Virus record (IMG/VR): IMGVR_UViG_2974767555_000001 | Coordinates: 1-64,000 of that record | DNA from: a virus | Taxonomy: Duplodnaviria > Caudoviricetes | Direction: 5' to 3' (one strand) | DNA: 64,000 nucleotides | Part shown: positions 29,090-36,964 of the stretch, piece by piece | Layout: every line of letters begins with the position of its first letter | Position numbering within the stretch: the stretch's first letter is position 1 | Notes under the pieces: model-generated | Told to the model about the DNA's origin: nothing | Seen by the model: the letters and a program-made list of their open reading frames with translations, nothing else | The model's database searches: none | Position numbers and translations under genes: made by a program

Positions 29090-30312
29090 TGGCGTGGTCA
29101 CCACCGTCCAAGGTCGGGGACATCGCCCCGGTCGTCGCGGCGGCCAAGCAGAAGATCCAGAAGTTCCAGTACGGGCGCGACAACGTGCCGAGCACCGACA
29201 CCAGTGAGGTGTACACCGAGGGTCTGCTGACCGCGATGCTGGAGTTCCAGCGGCGCGTACACAACGAGGTGCTGGCCGGTCAGCGCGAAACCCCGGACGT
29301 GCCAACCGATGGGACCATCGACTGGGCCACCCAGGTACAGCTGGGGATCATCGAGCGCCAAAAGCCCACCATCCCAACGGTCGGGCCGCGCCACCCGGCG
29401 ATCGTGTTCCGGGGTACCGGGGGCATCATCGGTCAGGACCTGGTGTCGCTGGTGTGTCAGCACTGTGCCGACCTGGTGGAGGAGATCAACCCCGACTGGC
29501 CTGCCACGATGGGCGGCATTCCCGTTGGCACCGCTGGGAACATCAGCGACCCGTCGATGTGGCGCGGGGTGCAGATCGCGGTCGCCGACGCACAGCGCCG
29601 GTTCCTCGACATCCTGGCCAAGCGACCCGCCGTCAAGATCGTGATTGGCGGGTACAGCGCGGGAGCGGTCGCCGCGGCGATCTTCAAGCAGTGGATCATG
29701 GACAACTTCCCTGATCACTACCTGTGCAGCTTCAGCTTCGGCGACCCGACCCGCCCGGTCGGCGGGGCCTTCTTTGCGGCACCAGTGATCCCGTGGGGTC
29801 GGGGTGTCGCGTCGGTCCACTACGGCGACCCCAAGGACTGGCGTCACTGCTGGCTGACCGCCGAGGGCGACATGTACGGCCAGGTGCCGCAAGGCGTTAC
29901 GGGCGACATCATGGACGATGCGTTCGACATGGTGACCAGGGTGGAGCTGTCGAACATCCTGGAGACTGCCCAGGCGATCATCCCCCGCATCCCCGAGGTC
30001 GCCGAGAAGGCGGGCATCGGGCTGCCCAGCGTGCTGGGCGCGCTGGCTGGCGGTATCCCCGGTCTGCTGGGGCTGGGGCTGCCGTGGGCGCTGGGGGCGA
30101 TCAGTGGGCTGGTCGGTACCGGCAACCCTGACCTGTTGACCGGATCGGCAGCAGCGGCCAAGGCAGCGCAGATCGCGCTGACCTTTGCCGCCCAAGGGAC
30201 CGCGCCACACATCGAGTACCACATGCGCGAGGTGTGGCCGGGTCAGACCTACCTGGGTCTGGCTATCCAGCACGTTCGGGACTACGCATCGGCCACGCCG
30301 GCCACTGCGTGA
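29089..30312 (+). CDS. Lysin B (serine esterase, cutinase-like)
   Basis: FRGTGG, GGYSAG nucleophile elbow, FGDPTR, HIEY. Confidence 0.88.
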   Translation: MAWSPPSKVGDIAPVVAAAKQKIQKFQYGRDNVPSTDTSEVYTEGLLTAMLEFQRRVHNEVLAGQRETPDVPTDGTIDWATQVQLGIIERQKPTIPTVGPRHPAIVFRGTGGIIGQDLVSLVCQHCADLVEEINPDWPATMGGIPVGTAGNISDPSMWRGVQIAVADAQRRFLDILAKRPAVKIVIGGYSAGAVAAAIFKQWIMDNFPDHYLCSFSFGDPTRPVGGAFFAAPVIPWGRGVASVHYGDPKDWRHCWLTAEGDMYGQVPQGVTGDIMDDAFDMVTRVELSNILETAQAIIPRIPEVAEKAGIGLPSVLGALAGGIPGLLGLGLPWALGAISGLVGTGNPDLLTGSAAAAKAAQIALTFAAQGTAPHIEYHMREVWPGQTYLGLAIQHVRDYASATPATA

Positions 30313-30334
30313 AACACGACGAAAGGGCAAGTGC

Positions 30335-30691
30335 GTGAACATCCTTGATTTACGGTCGGGGGACGACGTGCGTCGTTTCCTCCACGTCGCACTACCGGGT
30401 ATCGCTGCGCTGCTGGTGACAGTCAGCGTGCTGACCACGGAGCTGGCACCGTTGGTCGTCTCCACGGTGCTGACCATCGCCGACTCCGTGCTGTCACGGG
30501 TCAACACGACCGACAAGGTGCGGAAGTGGTTCTATCCGTTGATGGGTGCCGCAGCGCTGGGGCTGCTGGCGCTGGGTCACTACCTGAACACGGAGACGGC
30601 CCAGTGGTTGGCCATCGTGCCGATCCTGTTGGGCGGCGGTGTAGGTGCGGCCAACACCAACTCGTCCGCTGACCCCACCACGGCAGGATGA
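30335..30691 (+). CDS. Holin
   Basis: Several hydrophobic helices directly after lysin B; GAAAGGG RBS; GTG 30335. Confidence 0.7.
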   Translation: MNILDLRSGDDVRRFLHVALPGIAALLVTVSVLTTELAPLVVSTVLTIADSVLSRVNTTDKVRKWFYPLMGAAALGLLALGHYLNTETAQWLAIVPILLGGGVGAANTNSSADPTTAG

Positions 30692-31254
30692 CTGTCGCGC
30701 ACGGCTTCCCACGTCGTCGGAGCCTGCGGTATGTGATCCGGGGGTTCCTCGACGTGGTGGACGAGGAGTCAGTGGGCCTGGTCCAGGCGGTGTTTTACGG
30801 GATCGGGTTCGTCATGTTCGGGGTGTACGCGCTGGTCTTCGCCGACAAGCCAGCGGCGGTGCGCGACACCATGTTCAGTCAGACATACACGCTGTGGGTG
30901 TGGATGTGTCTGATCGGGCCGCTGACGGTCCTGCTGGGGTACTACCTCGACAAGGTGAAGCTGGCGTTACCCGGGGCGATCCTCCGGTTGGTCGGCGACA
31001 TCGGTACGTGGCTGATCTTGGGCGCGTACTGGCTGTCCCTGGTCAGTGACATTGCGTTGGTGCGACGGGGCACCTTGGCGGCGTTCATCTTTGCCGCGCT
31101 GTTGGTGGTCATCAGCCTGTTCATCCTCCGTGACGTTCGACGTATGTTGCAGATTGAGCGCGGCGCGGCAGTCATTTCGGCGATACGTACGTTGACCGAA
31201 GGACTGCCCGCTGGAGAGAGTGAGCAGGGACGAGACACTGATGGTCGGAAGTGA
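30688..31254 (+). CDS. Multi-pass membrane protein (lysis cassette)
   Basis: About four hydrophobic segments. Confidence 0.7.
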   Translation: MTVAHGFPRRRSLRYVIRGFLDVVDEESVGLVQAVFYGIGFVMFGVYALVFADKPAAVRDTMFSQTYTLWVWMCLIGPLTVLLGYYLDKVKLALPGAILRLVGDIGTWLILGAYWLSLVSDIALVRRGTLAAFIFAALLVVISLFILRDVRRMLQIERGAAVISAIRTLTEGLPAGESEQGRDTDGRK

Positions 31255-31567
31255 TGTTGTCGCAACGATGGTGGCCCTAGCTACTGGGATACTGGGCGGT
31301 GGTGCGGGCGCTGCGTTCTGGGCAGGGTTCTTCAAAAGGAACACCGACCGGGCCGACGCTGCGAACGCCATTTCCCAAGGGGCCGTTGGCCTTCTGACCC
31401 GAGCCGACAAGGAGATCGCCAAGTTGGAGAAGAGCAACGGGGAGCTGAAGGCCGTGGCCGGCCCCCTGCTCGACGCTGCCGAGCAGATGCTGCCCCTGCT
31501 GCCGACCGGTGACCCGCGCGCTGCCGCGTGGGCCAAGGCGATACACGATGCCCGGTTGGTTCTGTAG
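31241..31567 (+). CDS. Membrane-anchored coiled-coil protein (lysis cassette)
   Basis: N-terminal hydrophobic helix followed by a heptad-like segment. Confidence 0.65.
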   Translation: MVGSDVVATMVALATGILGGGAGAAFWAGFFKRNTDRADAANAISQGAVGLLTRADKEIAKLEKSNGELKAVAGPLLDAAEQMLPLLPTGDPRAAAWAKAIHDARLVL

Positions 31568-31578
31568 TAGCCGAACGC

Positions 31579-31614
31579 AAAGCGCCCCCTGGCCTTCGGG
31601 CCGGGGGGCGCTTT
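31579..31614. terminator. Bidirectional intrinsic terminator ending the late operon
   Basis: AAAGCGCCCCCTGGCC-TTCG-GGCCGGGGGGCGCTTT between convergent genes. Confidence 0.85.
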
Positions 31615-31624
31615 CGTCGTTTGG

Positions 31625-31837
31625 TCAGTCGTCGTGGAGTAGATGGTCGGCCCGTTCCAGTTCCTGGAGCTGGTAGTCCACTTCGTCGCGGCGGCGGGTG
31701 GCTTCGGTGATGGTGTGGGTCAGCTCCGACCGTTCGGCGATCAGCGCGCGCCGCTGGAGTCTGATCATGGTCTCCAGCTGTCCCCGGGGGTAGCCCCCTA
31801 TTGTGCGACTTGCCATTCCAGTAAACCCTCTCAGCAA
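31625..31837 (-). CDS. Small coiled-coil hypothetical protein
   Basis: Ends at the terminator; helical sequence; start uncertain. Confidence 0.55.
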   Translation of the reverse strand: MLRGFTGMASRTIGGYPRGQLETMIRLQRRALIAERSELTHTITEATRRRDEVDYQLQELERADHLLHDD

Positions 31838-31921
31838 ATATTCCAGCCTTTGGCCTGGTCAACGTACACTTCTAGCGTAGTCAACTAGTCAACGGTTGGT
31901 AAGCGAGCTAGACTTCCGCGC

Positions 31922-32155
31922 ATGACAACGACGCCCCAACCACTAACCAGCGAGCAGCGAGACAAGCCGACACCCCAGGTGCGGAAGCGCCATCTGAAGG
32001 CCTTGGCGAAAGCGCGAGCAAACCAGATCAAGGCCCAGGACGAGGTGCGGCAGTTGATCATCGACGGGTTCGCGCTGGGGATCAGCGGTCAGGACCTGGC
32101 TGATGCCGCAGGCGTTTCCAAGCCCCGGGTGTACCAGATCAGGGATGGGCGATGA
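31922..32155 (+). CDS. Small HTH DNA-binding protein, probably leaderless
   Basis: GISGQDLADAAGVSKPRVYQI; -10-like TAGACT at 31909-31914, 7 bp before ATG. Confidence 0.75.
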   Translation: MTTTPQPLTSEQRDKPTPQVRKRHLKALAKARANQIKAQDEVRQLIIDGFALGISGQDLADAAGVSKPRVYQIRDGR

Positions 32156-32349
32156 CGGGGCCGTCCCCGGCCCACGTGTGGGTGATGACCGTTGACACCG
32201 ACGAGGCCGGGTTTGTCAGCGTCCACACCACCGAGGATGGGGCCAGGGCCAAGCTCCAGGAGATCGTGGACCGTTGGGGCCTACAGGAATCGCTCGACGG
32301 TGACGAGCTGGTGCACAGCATCGCCTACCTACCGGTGCAGACCCCGTGA
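32152..32349 (+). CDS. Hypothetical protein
   Basis: ATGA overlap; coding-like composition. Confidence 0.6.
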   Translation: MTGPSPAHVWVMTVDTDEAGFVSVHTTEDGARAKLQEIVDRWGLQESLDGDELVHSIAYLPVQTP

Positions 32350-32708
32350 GCGCGGTGCCGTCCGGTGGGGTGCTGATCTACCCGACCGGCAAGGTGGCCA
32401 AGGTCGCTGGGATGCTTGGCCTTCGGGAGCTGCAGCGTGACATGGGCGGGTACGTCCAAGCGGTACCGGTGGAGTGGGACGACGACGGCACGACCAGCAC
32501 GACCCTGTGGTGTAACGAGGACGGCAAGGCGATGGGGCTGCCGGTCAACGACCTGGCCACCCGGGTGTGGTGGACGCTGTGCCCAGAGATGGCCAATCGT
32601 GACAACCTTGTCGGCACAGTGCTTTTCACCGGGCCGGTACAGGAGTCGGGGTACGGCCAGCTGACCCAAGCCGCCTGGGATGTCATCGAAACCATAACTA
32701 CGGCATAG
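32346..32708 (+). CDS. DUF3846-like protein
   Basis: LQRDMGGYVQAV, CNEDGK...LPVN...AT, LVGTVLFTG. Confidence 0.75.
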   Translation: MSAVPSGGVLIYPTGKVAKVAGMLGLRELQRDMGGYVQAVPVEWDDDGTTSTTLWCNEDGKAMGLPVNDLATRVWWTLCPEMANRDNLVGTVLFTGPVQESGYGQLTQAAWDVIETITTA

Positions 32709-32715
32709 GGTTTCG

Positions 32716-32790
32716 GCCACCGTAGCTCAGATTGGAGAGAGCAGCCGCCTTCTAAGCGGCGGGTCGCAGGTTCGAGTCCTGCCGGTGGCG
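32716..32790 (+). tRNA. tRNA-Arg(UCU)
   Basis: Acceptor GCCACCG/CGGTGGC, anticodon arm GCCGC-CTTCTAA-GCGGC, T arm GCAGG-TTCGAGT-CCTGC; CCA not encoded. Confidence 0.9.
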
Positions 32791-32793
32791 CGG

Positions 32794-32867
32794 GGGGTGG
32801 TAGCTCAGATGGTCAGAGCCACGGACTCATAATCCGTAGGTCGCGGGTTCAAGTCCCGCCCACCCCA
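32794..32867 (+). tRNA. tRNA with CAU anticodon (elongator Met, or Ile2)
   Basis: Acceptor GGGGTGG/CCACCCC, anticodon arm ACGGA-CTCATAA-TCCGT, T arm GCGGG-TTCAAGT-CCCGC; paired 1-72, so not initiator. Confidence 0.88.
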
Positions 32868-32974
32868 CACCAGAGGTATCTTGGAACCCGCTGTAGCCGA
32901 ACGTGCCGGTAAGCGTCGGGGGTACGCAGGGTCACGAAGTTGGCCCCCGACCGCTACAGCCCGCGAAACGAACT

Positions 32975-33001
32975 GTGCCCCACCCGATCCGGGTGGGGCA
33001 C
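32975..33001. terminator. Bidirectional terminator-like hairpin between tRNA unit and toxin-like gene
   Basis: GTGCCCCACCCG-ATC-CGGGTGGGGCAC. Confidence 0.75.
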
Positions 33002-33008
33002 CTTGCTG

Positions 33009-33257
33009 TCAGCGCTGGTGGCTGGCAGGTCTCCAGCGTAGGGGCATCGCGTGGAACACCACCAGCTCGTTGGGCGACCGGTTGCCGTCGCGGGCGATGA
33101 CCTCCAACCAGGTCCCCCGGTTGTCACGACCGATGAAGACCACCTGACCCTTGGCCTCCACCACGGTCGGGTTCGCGTGGCGCATGGCGGTGCGTATCCG
33201 ACCCTTGGACACCCCGTGCTTGCGCGCGCTGCGGGTGATCTTGACGAACTGGCTCAT
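33009..33257 (-). CDS. Small toxin-like protein (RelE/BrnT-like fold suspected), no adjacent antitoxin
   Basis: SARKHG...FIG.D..G..LEV...VFHAM pattern; preceded by a cassette promoter and hairpin. Confidence 0.55.
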   Translation of the reverse strand: MSQFVKITRSARKHGVSKGRIRTAMRHANPTVVEAKGQVVFIGRDNRGTWLEVIARDGNRSPNELVVFHAMPLRWRPASHQR

Positions 33258-33275
33258 GTCTACCCCCGGGGGTTG

Positions 33276-33322
33276 GGAGCTGGTCTGGTACCTGCTCCGG
33301 TGGTCGGGAGTCTAGCAACCTA
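33276..33322 (-). promoter_or_regulatory. Promoter-stem-loop cassette, copy H
   Basis: Minus strand TATAGGTTGC-TAGACT (-10 at 33309-33314); hairpin GGAGC-A-GGT-ACCAG-ACC-A-GCTCC. Confidence 0.7.
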
Positions 33323-33396
33323 TACCGACAGCGCGCCACGGATCGGGCCGATTACCCGGGATGACCTGGACCGACAGACTGAATCGGCCCAGGTAC

Positions 33397-33458
33397 TTGC
33401 GGCCCGTTTGTCTAGAGAGCTATAACTGAATCACCGGGGCCGGTGACCGACCAGCCCC
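33397..33458 (+). promoter_or_regulatory. Promoter-stem-loop cassette, copy A
   Basis: TTGCGG-N18-TATAAC; hairpin 33436-33458; GAGAGGAA RBS. Confidence 0.85.
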
Positions 33459-33481
33459 CACCCCTACGAGAGGAACCAGAA

Positions 33482-34465
33482 ATGCCCGCCACCGTCGAGT
33501 TCACCGCGATCACCCCCGATGGCCAGAAGGTCACCCGCAACAGCAAGACCAAGCAGTACACCCACGCCGTCGCCACCCTGCGCGTCCGCGACAACGACAC
33601 CGAGGCCACCTGGGGGATCGCCAGCTTCCACGAGGGTGTGACCAACGCCTTCAACGCTGGCCGGTCGTACAAGAACGCCAAGAGCTACCGGGTGGTCGAG
33701 GTCGAGGTGACCGCCGTCAAGGGCACCCCGTCGCCCGAGCACACGTTCGCCATCGAGCACAAGGAGCGCCTGGCCCAGGTCGCCGAGGACGCCCCGGTCG
33801 AGGTCGAGGACGCCCCCGTCGAGGACGCCCCGGTCGCCGAGGTCGAGGTCGCCGAGGTCGAGGTCGCCGACCAGGATGACACCACCGAGGTCGCCGAGGT
33901 GGTCGAGGTCGCCGACACCCCCCAGGAGCGCCGGAACCGGAAAGCGCGTGAGCGCCGCGCCGCCAAGCGCGCCGCTGCCGCCAGCGAGAAGCAGGCCCAG
34001 GACGACGCCATCGCCAAGAGCGAGTGCCTGACCGTGACCGAGGTCGAGGAAGCACCGAAGGCCAAGGGTCGCAAGGCACCCCGGGCCAAGGTCACCCCGC
34101 TGTCGGAGATCGGCCTGACCGGGAGCGCCATCCTGGACGCTGCCGTCGCCGCCGCCGCCGACGAGATCGCCGAGGACGCCCCGGTCGAGGTCGCCGAGGT
34201 CGAGGCCCAGGTGGTCGAGGTCGAGGTGACCGAGGACAGCGCCGACACCCAGATCACCCAGGTCCTGGAGGTCACCGCCGACGACATCGCCGCCGCCAAG
34301 GCCGGGATGGTCAAGGGTGAGAAGTGCCCCGGGTACGGGATGGTGGTGCCCGGTGACGGTGCCAGCAAGGGCAACGGGTCGCACAAGCGGGTGGAGTGCC
34401 CGGTCTGCGGTCACAGCGTCAAGCGCTACGACAAGTCGGGCAAGCTGGGTTCGCACCGGGTCTGA
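33482..34465 (+). CDS. Acidic low-complexity protein with C-terminal Zn-ribbon-like domain
   Basis: EDAPVEVAEVE repeats; CPGYG...CPVCG...GKLGSHRV; ATG 33482. Confidence 0.78.
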   Translation: MPATVEFTAITPDGQKVTRNSKTKQYTHAVATLRVRDNDTEATWGIASFHEGVTNAFNAGRSYKNAKSYRVVEVEVTAVKGTPSPEHTFAIEHKERLAQVAEDAPVEVEDAPVEDAPVAEVEVAEVEVADQDDTTEVAEVVEVADTPQERRNRKARERRAAKRAAAASEKQAQDDAIAKSECLTVTEVEEAPKAKGRKAPRAKVTPLSEIGLTGSAILDAAVAAAADEIAEDAPVEVAEVEAQVVEVEVTEDSADTQITQVLEVTADDIAAAKAGMVKGEKCPGYGMVVPGDGASKGNGSHKRVECPVCGHSVKRYDKSGKLGSHRV

Positions 34466-34486
34466 GGCCCGCGCTGCCGGATCGGC

Positions 34487-34519
34487 AGGGGGCCGGTGGG
34501 GTAACACCACCGGCCCCCT
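34487..34519 (+). terminator. Terminator-like hairpin
   Basis: GGGGGCCGGTGG-GGTAACA-CCACCGGCCCCC. Confidence 0.65.
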
Positions 34520-34563
34520 CGTCGTCTCGGCAGGCGCGCATGCAGGCAGTTTCGCGCAGGTGG

Positions 34564-34625
34564 TTGCGGGTGGGCCGTCTAGTTTGCTATAACTGAGTCA
34601 CCGGGGCAGGTACCAGACCAGCCCC
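34564..34625 (+). promoter_or_regulatory. Promoter-stem-loop cassette, copy B
   Basis: TTGCGG-N18-TATAAC; hairpin GGGGCAGGTACCAGACCAGCCCC 34603-34625; AGGAGG RBS. Confidence 0.87.
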
Positions 34626-34643
34626 CAGACCCCAGGAGGGGAC

Positions 34644-34892
34644 ATGACCACCACCGCCACCATCACCAGCAAGCGCGTCAAGGCCGGGGTCTACCGGGTC
34701 GCCGCCGCCGATGGTCGGGCCTGGATGGTCTTCAGCTACCAGCTGGACCCCACCGTGGGGTACGGGTCGGGCACGGTCTGGCAGGTCAACGGTGACCCCA
34801 ACGCCGAGACCTACACCCCGGACCCCGGGTTCGACCCGGCGTACACCAAGGCCCAAGCGCTGGAGTGGTTGACCGCGCTGGTCAACGCCTGA
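34644..34892 (+). CDS. Hypothetical protein
   Basis: Strong RBS; follows cassette B. Confidence 0.75.
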   Translation: MTTTATITSKRVKAGVYRVAAADGRAWMVFSYQLDPTVGYGSGTVWQVNGDPNAETYTPDPGFDPAYTKAQALEWLTALVNA

Positions 34893-34938
34893 CCCCCCAC
34901 CCCCCACCTACCCACCACCACCCGAAAGGACCCCGACC

Positions 34939-35631
34939 ATGACCCGCACCGCCGACCTGCCCGCCAAGACCGCCGCCAAGATGGTCGCCGCGCACGCGGT
35001 CGGCCTGTCGTACTGGGCCGATCACCCTGCGGCAGGTCACATCTGGGCCGTGTCCGACGACCAGCGGGCACACGTGGTCCGGGTCAACGCCAAGGAGGGG
35101 ACGGCCCAGCACGTGTGTAATCGCTACGCGCACAACGTGAATCAGGTGTCGCCGTGTGAGGGCGACGACCGTGTGATGTCGGTGGCCAACGTTGACGCCA
35201 TCGCCAAGCACCACGGGATGCGTCGGTTCGACGTGGTGGCCAGCGTGACCCGCCAGCACGTGGTGACCGTAGAGACGGTGGCCGACAACCACGGGTACCC
35301 GTACCGGGCCAAGTGCGCGTGTGGGTGGGAGTCGAACACCTACGCCAGCCAGCACGCTGCCCAGGCGATGGGCGACGACCACCTGGGTGTGGACACCACC
35401 CCGGTCGCCGTGACCGCCAGCGAGGTCGGCACCATCACCGAGTACAGCGACGGATCGCTGACCATCACCACCGAGGAACCGGCCCTGGTCGTCGGCGAGC
35501 GCTGCCCCGGGTACGGGCAGGTTGTCGAGGGTGAGGGTCGCCGCGCGCGGTGCCCGCACTGCGGGTCCAGCGTCAAGCGCTACGCCACCGGCAAGCTGGG
35601 CAGCCACCGGGTGCCCGCCCGGGTCGCCTGA
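34939..35631 (+). CDS. Hypothetical protein with C-terminal Zn-ribbon-like domain shared with 33482-34465
   Basis: GAAAGGA RBS; KCACGW...H; CPGYG...CPHCG...GKLGSHRV. Confidence 0.75.
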   Translation: MTRTADLPAKTAAKMVAAHAVGLSYWADHPAAGHIWAVSDDQRAHVVRVNAKEGTAQHVCNRYAHNVNQVSPCEGDDRVMSVANVDAIAKHHGMRRFDVVASVTRQHVVTVETVADNHGYPYRAKCACGWESNTYASQHAAQAMGDDHLGVDTTPVAVTASEVGTITEYSDGSLTITTEEPALVVGERCPGYGQVVEGEGRRARCPHCGSSVKRYATGKLGSHRVPARVA

Positions 35632-35642
35632 CCCACCCACCC

Positions 35643-35667
35643 GGGGGCCGGTACCAGACCGGCCCCC
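35643..35667 (+). promoter_or_regulatory. Stem-loop cassette, copy C (no promoter seen)
   Basis: GGGGGCCGGT-ACCAG-ACCGGCCCCC then GAGGAGG RBS. Confidence 0.75.
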
Positions 35668-35692
35668 ACCCCTACCAAGAGGAGGAACCACC

Positions 35693-35920
35693 ATGCCCAC
35701 CCCCGCCACCATCTGGACGCTGACCACCGTGACCGAGGGCGACGACCAGCCCAGCACCACCGTGCACCTGACCGAGGCCCACGCGCTGGCCACGCTGCGC
35801 GACAGCTGGGAGGTGCCCGCGTGGGTCGCCGACGATGACCTGATCGCCGAGCTGCTGGGCGACCCGGTGGCCGGGTTCGTGTACATCGAACTGGAGGAGC
35901 ATGACCTGCCCACCGGGTGA
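35693..35920 (+). CDS. Hypothetical protein
   Basis: ATG 35693 after GAGGAGG. Confidence 0.7.
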   Translation: MPTPATIWTLTTVTEGDDQPSTTVHLTEAHALATLRDSWEVPAWVADDDLIAELLGDPVAGFVYIELEEHDLPTG

Positions 35921-35939
35921 CCGCAGCACCCACCCTGCC

Positions 35940-35966
35940 GACCCCTGCACGACACGTGCAGGGGTC
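35940..35966 (+). terminator. Terminator-like hairpin
   Basis: GACCCCTGCAC-GACAC-GTGCAGGGGTC. Confidence 0.65.
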
Positions 35967-35972
35967 AACTCA

Positions 35973-36035
35973 TTGTGTCGTGGGTACTGGGAGGGTACGG
36001 TCGGGTGCGCGCGGGGCAGGCGACCAGGCCAGCCC
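35973..36035 (+). promoter_or_regulatory. Promoter-stem-loop cassette, copy D (divergent)
   Basis: TTGTGT-N17-TACGGT; hairpin GGGC-A-GGC-GACCAG-GCC-A-GCCC. Confidence 0.55.
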
Positions 36036-36062
36036 AGGAACCCAAGAGGGGAGGCAAACACG

Positions 36063-36326
36063 GTGGCAGTGGCTCGACGGTCCAGCGATACCCACCCGGC
36101 CAGGTGGCAGGGTGTGACACCATTGGGCCGAATACGTTGGCGCACAAACGGGGCGCATGTCGGGGGACGAAAGGGCGTGACCGTGAACTGTCCAGATTGT
36201 GGTGCCGCAATGGATTACGGACCCGGCGACGGCAAACACTATGACCAACCGTATTGGGTGTGCCCCAACTGCATGTACGAGGTGCACCCCGACGACGACG
36301 AGGACCGAGAACATGACCCCTGCTGA
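36063..36326 (+). CDS. Small Zn-ribbon protein (start may be GTG near 36177-36183)
   Basis: CPDCG...WVCPNC. Confidence 0.55.
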   Translation: MAVARRSSDTHPARWQGVTPLGRIRWRTNGAHVGGRKGVTVNCPDCGAAMDYGPGDGKHYDQPYWVCPNCMYEVHPDDDEDREHDPC

Positions 36327-36714
36327 GTTCCGCATCATGCGGGAGTACCTGGGCCTGCCGCCCGTGTGGATGGCCGAACGCCTTGGGGTGCGCGAGCGTA
36401 CGGTGGCCCGGTGGGAGCACGGTCACGCCCCGATCCCACCGGGGGTGGTCGATGAGTTCACCGACATACTGGAAGTGACTGCGCGACTGGTGGATTCGCT
36501 GATCATCCAAGCGGGCGCGACCGGCCACCTGGTGACGTACCGGACTGACGAGGACTACCGGAGGTCGGGGTCGAGCTACGCGGCCACGTTCCCGGCGTCA
36601 TGGCACCGCGCTGTCGCGGCCCGTGTGTACGACGCCGTGCCCCAGGTGCAGATCACCTACAGCACGGACCATTCCGACGACGAAGCGCCAGGTGGTTGCG
36701 GGTCACAGGTATAG
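36313..36714 (+). CDS. XRE-type HTH protein (DUF1870-like)
   Basis: MTPAEFRIMREYLGL...LGVRERTVARWEHG. Confidence 0.75.
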   Translation: MTPAEFRIMREYLGLPPVWMAERLGVRERTVARWEHGHAPIPPGVVDEFTDILEVTARLVDSLIIQAGATGHLVTYRTDEDYRRSGSSYAATFPASWHRAVAARVYDAVPQVQITYSTDHSDDEAPGGCGSQV

Positions 36715-36756
36715 AGAGCTACCCTTCGCGCTACCGGGCAGGTAACCGACCAGCCC
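36696..36756 (+). promoter_or_regulatory. Promoter-stem-loop cassette, copy E
   Basis: TTGCGG-N18-TACCCT; hairpin GGGC-A-GGT-AACCG-ACC-A-GCCC. Confidence 0.75.
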
Positions 36757-36776
36757 ACAACCCCCAGGGGGTACCG

Positions 36777-36914
36777 ATGAGCACCAGCACGCCCGCGCCG
36801 GAACCGATTGCGCGGCAAGTACCGGCCACCCTGCCGGTACTGGGCATCAACCAGCTGATCCTGTTCCAGGCCCGTCACACCCGCCGCCTGCGCCGGTCGG
36901 CCTGGACCCGCTGA
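36777..36914 (+). CDS. Small hypothetical protein (45 aa)
   Basis: ATG directly after cassette E. Confidence 0.5.
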   Translation: MSTSTPAPEPIARQVPATLPVLGINQLILFQARHTRRLRRSAWTR

Positions 36915-36964
36915 CACCAAGGAGGACGCACACACTATGCCGCGCAACACTTTTGGAGGAAACG

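Noticed and set aside
7119-30516. Many long minus-strand ORFs opposite structural genes (e.g. 8874-10661, 27491-29305)
   Set aside because: Shadow frames expected in high-GC DNA; no recognisable motifs or RBS, and they fully overlap well-supported plus-strand genes
33780-34290. Repetitive gaggtcgccgag/gacgccccggtc DNA as a possible CRISPR or satellite
   Set aside because: The repeats are in-frame codons of an acidic protein; no constant repeat-spacer period and no cas genes
35931-36114. 9-bp inverted repeat CACCCTGCC/GGCAGGGTG bracketing cassette D
   Set aside because: Too short in GC-rich DNA to call an element end; no target duplication seen
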